DNA of 64,000 nucleotides from Akkermansiaceae bacterium (GTDB lineage Bacteria; Verrucomicrobiota; Verrucomicrobiia; Verrucomicrobiales; Akkermansiaceae), in assembly GCA_051251915.1 (NCBI GenBank), contig JBPOGF010000003.1:201479-265478 (forward strand), read 5' to 3'. The notes under the pieces are model-generated. The model made no database searches and had not been told where the DNA came from. It was given only the letters and a program-made list of their open reading frames with translations. Below, one piece after another: positions 57,810 to 64,000 of this stretch (within the stretch, counting starts at the first letter, position 1; every line of letters begins with the position of its first letter). A program made the position numbers and the translations under genes.

Positions 57810-60584
57810 TTATGAATTGAGTTGAGCTGTTGCTTCTACGAGAAGTTCCTGCGCCTTTTCTCGCTCAGGTGCTGCACCTCGGGCCATGTCTGGTTTGCCG
57901 CCGCCTTTGCCGCCGGCGAGGGGGGCTAGGGTTTGGATGAGTTTGCCTGCCATGTGGCCGGAGGCTTGTCCGTCGGTTCCGCTGAGGGCTCCGAGGTGGA
58001 GTTTGTCTCCGTCGTCAACGATGAAGAATGCTGCGTTGGTGAATTGCTTTTTCTTGCAGCCGTTGAGGAGTTCTTGGAGGAGGGATGCTGGGCCTTCGAA
58101 GAGTTCTACGATGTTTCCGCCTTTTTCTAGGAGTTCTGCTAGAGCGCTGTCTGCCATCTGGGCTGCGGCTGCGGTTTGCGCTTTTTTGAGTGCTTTGTCT
58201 GCGTTTGTGGCGGCTTCTTTTGTGGCGATTAGCTCTTTGTTGAGTTCTGCTAAGGAGTCGTCTGCTGAGATGTGTGAGATGATGTGGAGTTCTGCATTTA
58301 CTTGTTTCAGCTTCTCGTTGGTTTGGATGAGTTTGGCTTTTTGGTCTGCGATCTCGGCTTTGAGTTCGGCGGATTTTTCAGCTAGGTATGCTTCTGCTGC
58401 GTCTCCGCATAGGGCTTCGATGCGGCGGACTCCGGAGGCGATGGCTCCTTCTGATTTGATTTTGAAGAGGCCGATGTCTGAGGTGTTGGTGACGTGTGCG
58501 CCGCCGCAGAGTTCCATGGAGTATCCATCGAGTGCTTGGGTTTGGCCGCCGATCTGGACGACTCTGACGAGGTCGCCGTATTTGTCACCGAAGAACTGGG
58601 TGATGTCTGCGCGGTCTTTGACTTCTGTGTGCGGGACTTCTATCCAGGAGACGGTGCCGTTTTCTGAGATTGCGGAGTTTACTTTCTCTTCGACTGCTTC
58701 GATTTGTTCCGGTGTTAGTGCTGCGGATGAGAAGTCGAAGCGGAGGCGGTCTGGAGCTACCATTGAACCTTGCTGGGCTGCGTCTTCGGAAACGATTTCG
58801 TGGAGTGCCCAGTGGAGGAGGTGGGTGGCGGTGTGGTGGGACTCGATGTTGCGGCGTTGTGGGCCGTCGATTGCTAGGGTGACGGTGTCACCGACGTTGA
58901 TGACTGCTGCGTCTGATTTGTTTGTAAGGTGTGCGATGGCGTCTCCGATTTTGATGACTTTGTTTACTGGGATGTCATTGAGGGTTCCGGTGTCGCCTTG
59001 CTGGCCGCCCATTTCTACGTAGAATGGGGATTTGTCGGTGATGAGATAGATGGTGTCTCCGTCTTCGTGGGTTTCGGTGATGGTGGCGGTGGTATAGTCG
59101 GTGTTGAAGCCTACGAACTCGGTGGACTGTTCGGTAGATACATCTAGTGCGCGGACGATGGTTTTTTCTTTGCCGCCGTCGCCACGGTCTTTTTGTTCCT
59201 GCATGAGGATGTCGAAGCGATCCATGTCGAGGCCGATGCCGTTTTGCTGGCAGAGGATTTCTGTGAGGTCGATAGGGAAGCCGAAGGTGTCGTAGAGTTG
59301 GAAGGCGAAATCTCCAGACAATTTATCTTTGGTGGTTTCTAGTTCTTTTTCAAATCTAGTTAGGCCGCGAGCTAGTGTTCTGTTGAAGGATTCTTCCTCG
59401 GTTTTGAGGGTCTTTTTGATGTTTTTTGCGCGGGCTTTTACTTCTGGGAAAGTGGATGCGAACTGGCAGACTAGGGTGTCGACGAGTTCTGGGAGGAAGC
59501 ATTTTTCTCCCATGAAACCTAGTGTGCGGCCGTAGTTGACTGCTCGGCGGAGGATGCGGCGGAGGACGTAGTTTCTGCCGTTGTTGCCGGGCATGATGCC
59601 GTCTGCGATGCTTAGTGAGAGGGTGCGGATGTGGTCAGCGATGACGCGGAAGGCGACTGCTTCTTTCATCTCTGTGCTAAGGGTGGATTTGTCCACTTCT
59701 ACGGATTCTGGGTAGATGTCTTGGTAGGTTTTACCGGATAGTTCTTCGAGTTTGCTGAAGATTGGGGTGAAGACGTCTGTGGCGTAGTTGGTGGGTTTTA
59801 CGGAGAAGTCTTTGAAGTGGTTTGTGCCTTGGATGATGTTGACTGCGCGCTCGAATCCCATGCCGGTGTCGATGTGCTTGGCTGGGAGGTCGCGGTAAGT
59901 TCCGTCTGCTTCTGCGTTGTATTGGATGAAGACGAGGTTCCAGAGTTCGATGCAGAGGTCTGAGTCTTTGTTGACTAGGGAGCCTTTGGTATCGCCTTCT
60001 GGGGTGAGGTCTAGGTGGAGTTCTGAGCAGGGACCGCAGGGACCGGTGTCTCCCATTTTCCAGAAGTTGTCTTCGACGTTGCCGTTGACGATGTGGATGG
60101 TGGGGTCTAGGCCTGCTTTGGTGAAGAGAGTGGCCCAGAGGTCGTATGCTTCTTGGTCGAAGATGGATGGGTCGCCGGCTTCTTTGTCTGGGTTGTAGAC
60201 GGTGGCGTAGAGTCTGTTAGCTGGGAATCCCCAGCGCTCGACGAGGAGTTCCCATGCCCATTGGATGACTTCTTCTTTGAAGTAGTCTCCGAATGACCAG
60301 TTGCCTAGCATTTCGAAGAGTGTGTGGTGATAGGTGTCGTATCCGACGTCGTCTAGGTCATTGTGTTTACCACCTGCGCGGACGCATTTCTGGGTGTCTG
60401 TGGCGCGAGCTGGTGAGTAGGGTGGCTTTTCTGTTCCTAGGAAGTAGGGGACGAATTGGTTCATGCCCGCATTGGTGAAGAGGAGTCCTGGTGACTGAGG
60501 GAGGATGGATGCTGAGGGCACGATGGTGTGGGATTTCTCAGCGAAGAAATCTAGGAAGCTCTGACGAATTTCTGATGCGGTCAT
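57810..60584 (-). CDS. alaS: alanine--tRNA ligase
   Basis: FTNAGMNQF, GGKHNDL, DTGMGFER, HTATHLL, ELCGG and GGKGGG. Confidence 0.97.
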   Translation of the reverse strand: MTASEIRQSFLDFFAEKSHTIVPSASILPQSPGLLFTNAGMNQFVPYFLGTEKPPYSPARATDTQKCVRAGGKHNDLDDVGYDTYHHTLFEMLGNWSFGDYFKEEVIQWAWELLVERWGFPANRLYATVYNPDKEAGDPSIFDQEAYDLWATLFTKAGLDPTIHIVNGNVEDNFWKMGDTGPCGPCSELHLDLTPEGDTKGSLVNKDSDLCIELWNLVFIQYNAEADGTYRDLPAKHIDTGMGFERAVNIIQGTNHFKDFSVKPTNYATDVFTPIFSKLEELSGKTYQDIYPESVEVDKSTLSTEMKEAVAFRVIADHIRTLSLSIADGIMPGNNGRNYVLRRILRRAVNYGRTLGFMGEKCFLPELVDTLVCQFASTFPEVKARAKNIKKTLKTEEESFNRTLARGLTRFEKELETTKDKLSGDFAFQLYDTFGFPIDLTEILCQQNGIGLDMDRFDILMQEQKDRGDGGKEKTIVRALDVSTEQSTEFVGFNTDYTTATITETHEDGDTIYLITDKSPFYVEMGGQQGDTGTLNDIPVNKVIKIGDAIAHLTNKSDAAVINVGDTVTLAIDGPQRRNIESHHTATHLLHWALHEIVSEDAAQQGSMVAPDRLRFDFSSAALTPEQIEAVEEKVNSAISENGTVSWIEVPHTEVKDRADITQFFGDKYGDLVRVVQIGGQTQALDGYSMELCGGAHVTNTSDIGLFKIKSEGAIASGVRRIEALCGDAAEAYLAEKSAELKAEIADQKAKLIQTNEKLKQVNAELHIISHISADDSLAELNKELIATKEAATNADKALKKAQTAAAAQMADSALAELLEKGGNIVELFEGPASLLQELLNGCKKKQFTNAAFFIVDDGDKLHLGALSGTDGQASGHMAGKLIQTLAPLAGGKGGGKPDMARGAAPEREKAQELLVEATAQLNS

Positions 60585-60803
60585 TTTTTGAATTGTGAAT
60601 GTTGAAATTTGAAGAGTGAATTACTCACTCAGCGCGTGCGCTGATAGGGGATGTGGGGGGGATAGTAAAGAAATTTAGATAGTTACGGGTTAGACAAATG
60701 GATAGTGCTTAATGGTCTGTAGGGTGGATGGTGCGGTAGGTGGCTTTTACAGAGGTAAGGTTTTTGCCTTGTAGGAGGGAGTTGTTCCTTGGAGAGTGTT
60801 TGG

Positions 60804-62363
60804 ATGCTCAAGTGTATTTTTGTGTTTTACTGTGTTTGTTTAGTGGGGTGTTCTACTTTGGAAGTTAGGAGTTTTCCTGAGGTTTCTGACAGGCTTGCTG
60901 GGCATAAAGTGAAGAAGCGCTATTGGAAGATGCCGGCTGATGAGGCTGCTATGAAGTTGGTGGGTGAGTTTAAGCGGGAGGGGGATGCGGTGAAAGTGGT
61001 GAAGGACGTTAAACCGAGGGCTGCTGGATATGTGACTTTTTCTGGTAGTTCGAGTATGCATGGGAGTAGTAATAAGCTGGTGCGCTTTGGTAAGGGAGGG
61101 CTGGTGTATGAGGTGGCTTTTCATAGTGCGCATATGAGCCAGGCGGCACATAGTTACGAGACGAATAAGACGCATTTTAGCTGTACGAAAAGCGCTGTGA
61201 ATGAGGAGATGTCTAAGGCTTGTGAGGTCATTCAGTATCTTGAAGGGATGGAGATGGTCTATGATGCGGATCAACTGATACGGAGTAATTATGTGAGTTA
61301 TAACCCTCCGATGTTCTTTGACGAGGTGATGATGTATGATGAAATAGGGCATCATGGACGTGAGCTTCAGGGGGTGGGTAAGAGGGGATTAGTGCTGGAA
61401 AACTGGGTGTCAGATTATGCTGAGGTGATTTTGAAGAATGCTGATGGGTTAGTGGATTCAGCTGTTGAGAAGGTGAGTAATGTAGAGGGTGAGAGGGCGG
61501 CGTTAATAGGATTATTGAGCGAGGTTATCCATGATGAGACTATTCCATATGATTTTCTATCGACTGTTGTGGAGGGAGTTGGGAAGACTTGTTTGGTTGA
61601 GCTGGAGGAGGATTTGAGGAGGTTATCTAAGCGAGTGCCTGTGTTGAGTGAGTATGTGAAGAAATACAAACGGATGGATAGTGAGAGGAGCAAACGTATG
61701 GACTGGCTGAAGTTTGATTTAGAAAATGAGGATGATATTCTTTATCAAAAGTTAAGTTCCCGCTATTATGCTGATTCTGCTCAGAAGTTGAGGGTTAAGC
61801 TTGATGTGGCGCTGAGAGATCTTGGGGCTGTGGGGGATGAAGAACGTATTCGTGATTTGCTGGATGAGGGAGAGGATGTGGGGGCTGTGTTGTATGATTT
61901 GGCATTTAGAGATAAGGCTGCATTTACGAGGTTGTCATTGAAGCGGTTGAAGATGGCAAAAAGCTCTTATGATCATTATCAGGGTGTTAGAATTCTGCTA
62001 GCTGCGGGGCAAGAGGATGCGCTGTTTGGCTTCTTAGAGAGGGCTGATGATGCTAAGTTTTCGTTGTGTGCTCGAGTTTTGGTGAGTGAGATTAGGGATA
62101 AAAAGCCCGAGTGGAAGTTGCGACTTCAGGCTGGATTAGTTCGTTATGTGAAGGGTAATGAAGATCCGGGAGTGTGGACAAGCAGTGCGATGGCAGAGTT
62201 GATGCCGGATGATGACCCGGACTATTTTGATTTAGAGGTGGTGGGTGAGTGTTTGAAGGATCCGAAGGTGAAAGTTAAGATCATAGGGGAGGGTTATTTT
62301 AAAGATGAGGCGAGGTATGAAACCTTGTTGAAGAAGTGGGTAGGATTGGTAGGTCATGAGTAA
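60804..62363 (+). CDS. hypothetical lipoprotein
   Basis: LVGC lipobox after a hydrophobic stretch; 519 aa with no recognised motif. Confidence 0.7.
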   Translation: MLKCIFVFYCVCLVGCSTLEVRSFPEVSDRLAGHKVKKRYWKMPADEAAMKLVGEFKREGDAVKVVKDVKPRAAGYVTFSGSSSMHGSSNKLVRFGKGGLVYEVAFHSAHMSQAAHSYETNKTHFSCTKSAVNEEMSKACEVIQYLEGMEMVYDADQLIRSNYVSYNPPMFFDEVMMYDEIGHHGRELQGVGKRGLVLENWVSDYAEVILKNADGLVDSAVEKVSNVEGERAALIGLLSEVIHDETIPYDFLSTVVEGVGKTCLVELEEDLRRLSKRVPVLSEYVKKYKRMDSERSKRMDWLKFDLENEDDILYQKLSSRYYADSAQKLRVKLDVALRDLGAVGDEERIRDLLDEGEDVGAVLYDLAFRDKAAFTRLSLKRLKMAKSSYDHYQGVRILLAAGQEDALFGFLERADDAKFSLCARVLVSEIRDKKPEWKLRLQAGLVRYVKGNEDPGVWTSSAMAELMPDDDPDYFDLEVVGECLKDPKVKVKIIGEGYFKDEARYETLLKKWVGLVGHE

Positions 62364-62614
62364 GATTTATTCTCTGCTCCTTCACAGAGCCTTGAATTAA
62401 ACAAAAAATCCTCGCACTAGTGACCACAATTTTATTTAAAATGCACTAATCTCATTTAAGAAGCTGGTTTTTCCTAATTTGGAGGATGTTGGGACCGCTT
62501 TCGTTGGTTTGAATGCAGGTCGGGGCGGGGTGAGGAGGCGGCAGTTGTAGGCCTGAGATGGTGGCGGATCAGATTTTTTTTCTACCTCGATTTTTAGCTT
62601 TATAAAACTTACCT

Positions 62615-63562
62615 CTAGAGGCGGCCGCGTTGGGAGCGGACTTGTTCTAGTTCACGGAGGACGCGGTCTACGCGGAGGACGTTTGGTAGGAAGAGTTCTT
62701 CTGATTTGCCGCCGCTGGTGCGGATGACTAGGTCTCCGGAGCCGAAGCCTAGGAGGTAGTGTTTGAAGAAGTTATCGAGTTTCTTTTCCATCATGACGCC
62801 GATGGTGTCGAATGCGCGGGCACCTTCGCCGATTTCGTTGACGATGGTGACGGTGTTGGCTTCGATTTTGACGTATTTACGGGTGTCGAACAAGAAGACG
62901 ACGAGGCACCAAGGTATGAATAGCATGACTCCGATGGCTAGGTAGAAGCCGTGGTTGAGGTAGACTGGTTGGTTGATGGCCCAGCTGAGGGCTGAGTCCC
63001 AGACTCCGAAGTAGAGCATGATGAAGGCTACGAAGACGGCACAGATGAGGGTTAATAGTGCCCAGACTCCGCGAAGATTTACTCCGGTGGCGAATAGTGA
63101 GAAGGCTAGTACGAGAATGTAGGTTAGGCCGTAGCCGGTGTCTTTCATAACGAGAAGGCTGGTGTCCAGGCCTTCTACGGCGACGTGTGAGCCGAAGAAG
63201 AGTGTGATGTCGCCGAAGATGAAGCTGACGAGCCAAAGTGGCCAATAGTAGAAGAATTCTGAGTGTGAATGGAAGGTGATGCTGTCCTTGAATTTCTTGG
63301 ATCGCAAGGCGTGGACTATCTGACCGAGGCACCAGATGGCTAGAGCGATAGGGGTGAATGCGATGGGGATAATGCCTTCTTTTTGATCCATGGTGAAATA
63401 GATAGTGACGGCACTAATCACACAGAGGATGAATAATATGAAAAAGATAGAGAGCGCTTTGCTGTCATTATGCAGTGGACCTCTAGCATTTGATTTCTCT
63501 GGAGTAGAGACTGGATGGTTAGGTTCTGGAGTAGGGTCAGGTATAGGCGTATAGTCAGACAT
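62615..63562 (-). CDS. hypothetical multi-pass membrane protein
   Basis: About 6 TM segments; soluble C-terminus LLGFGSGDLVIRTSGG (bacterial PH-like). Confidence 0.8.
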   Translation of the reverse strand: MSDYTPIPDPTPEPNHPVSTPEKSNARGPLHNDSKALSIFFILFILCVISAVTIYFTMDQKEGIIPIAFTPIALAIWCLGQIVHALRSKKFKDSITFHSHSEFFYYWPLWLVSFIFGDITLFFGSHVAVEGLDTSLLVMKDTGYGLTYILVLAFSLFATGVNLRGVWALLTLICAVFVAFIMLYFGVWDSALSWAINQPVYLNHGFYLAIGVMLFIPWCLVVFLFDTRKYVKIEANTVTIVNEIGEGARAFDTIGVMMEKKLDNFFKHYLLGFGSGDLVIRTSGGKSEELFLPNVLRVDRVLRELEQVRSQRGRL

Positions 63563-63685
63563 AATGGTATTTGGTATATTAAAATTACACCTTTAGTTTA
63601 AATTTTCAATGCTAGTTAGACAACAATTCGTCTGATAGGTGTTCTTGATTTGGTGCCATTCAAGTCAGACCTTATACGTCACCAA

Positions 63686-63838
63686 TTATTGTTTAATGAT
63701 TCTGTAGGCGACAACTGCTACGAAGAAAATTGCTACCAATCCTAATAGGAACATCGCTATTTTAACGAATATTTTAAGTATGATGAAGCTGATAGCTACT
63801 ACTAGTAGTAGTATTGCTATGGAGATTAATTTTGCCAT
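63686..63838 (-). CDS. small hydrophobic membrane protein (50 aa)
   Basis: Manual translation MAKLISIAILLLVVAISFIILKIFVKIAMFLLGLVAIFFVAVVAYRIIKQ*; below the ORF-track cutoff. Confidence 0.65.
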   Translation of the reverse strand: MAKLISIAILLLVVAISFIILKIFVKIAMFLLGLVAIFFVAVVAYRIIKQ

Positions 63839-64000
63839 GATAGATTTAGTTTTAGACATATGGTTCTAGTATCTTAATAAGGATGTCCCAGTAAGCAACT
63901 TGTTTTTGTATTTAGGTGGCTTGGCGTGTTGCCTCATTGAAGCGGACACCGAAAAAAACTTAGTCTTGCCGAGAATAGCTCCCGTTGCCTCATAAATGAG

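Larger units (their letters stand above)
3241..62613. repeat. dispersed motif AAAACTTACC(Y)C(T), 11 exact 10-mer copies
   Basis: On + at 7328, 21153, 21736, 33088, 33889, 46544, 49510, 62604; on - (GGTAAGTTTT) at 3241, 31731, 45428. Confidence 0.85.

Noticed and set aside
57886..59022. 378-aa ORF antisense to alaS, and many similar shadow ORFs (e.g. 16889-17539, 26613-27233, 34160-34792)
   Set aside because: They lie opposite clear genes, have low-complexity composition, and are explained by biased codon usage depleting antisense stops.
62480..62575. GC-rich intergenic patch as a possible repeat element
   Set aside because: I could not find convincing pairing or a second copy in the window.
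3241..62613. Dispersed motif as a CRISPR repeat, REP or strictly polar KOPS
   Set aside because: Copies are short, kilobases apart, mostly intragenic, non-palindromic and in both orientations (8:3). Polarity can only be judged genome-wide.
1..64000. Abundant CTAG as a separate signal
   Set aside because: Adequately explained by CTA-Leu codons followed by G in minus-strand genes under the strand skew.

Overview
Chromosomal window from a Verrucomicrobiota bacterium, probably Rubritalea-like. The taxonomy is inferred from PEP-CTERM/PDSG-CTERM proteins, three sulfatases, a DUF1549/DUF1553 cytochrome c plus WD40 pair, and fused SecDF. It is mostly housekeeping (queA, sdaA, ribD, deoD, bioF, secDF, argS, dnaE, alaS, tRNA-Ser) mixed with surface and glycan genes. 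I found no integrase, transposase, prophage or CRISPR array. The most unusual signals are at DNA level. (1) A dispersed non-palindromic motif, AAAACTTACC(Y)C(T), has 11 exact 10-mer copies in both orientations, in several reading frames and in intergenic DNA, suggesting an undescribed uptake or chromosome-organisation signal. (2) A tandem PEP-CTERM unit carries an orphan sulfatase 3' end whose differences are mostly synonymous, which points to integration of a foreign allele. (3) The + strand has an extreme G/T skew independent of gene direction. Also notable are a tRNA-Ser 3'-end repeat scar, a membrane pseudokinase, a WYL regulator-operator-VOC module, an ECF/ZAS operon with a candidate promoter, and a long hairpin element after alaS. 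All product calls come from motif recognition by eye, not database searches.
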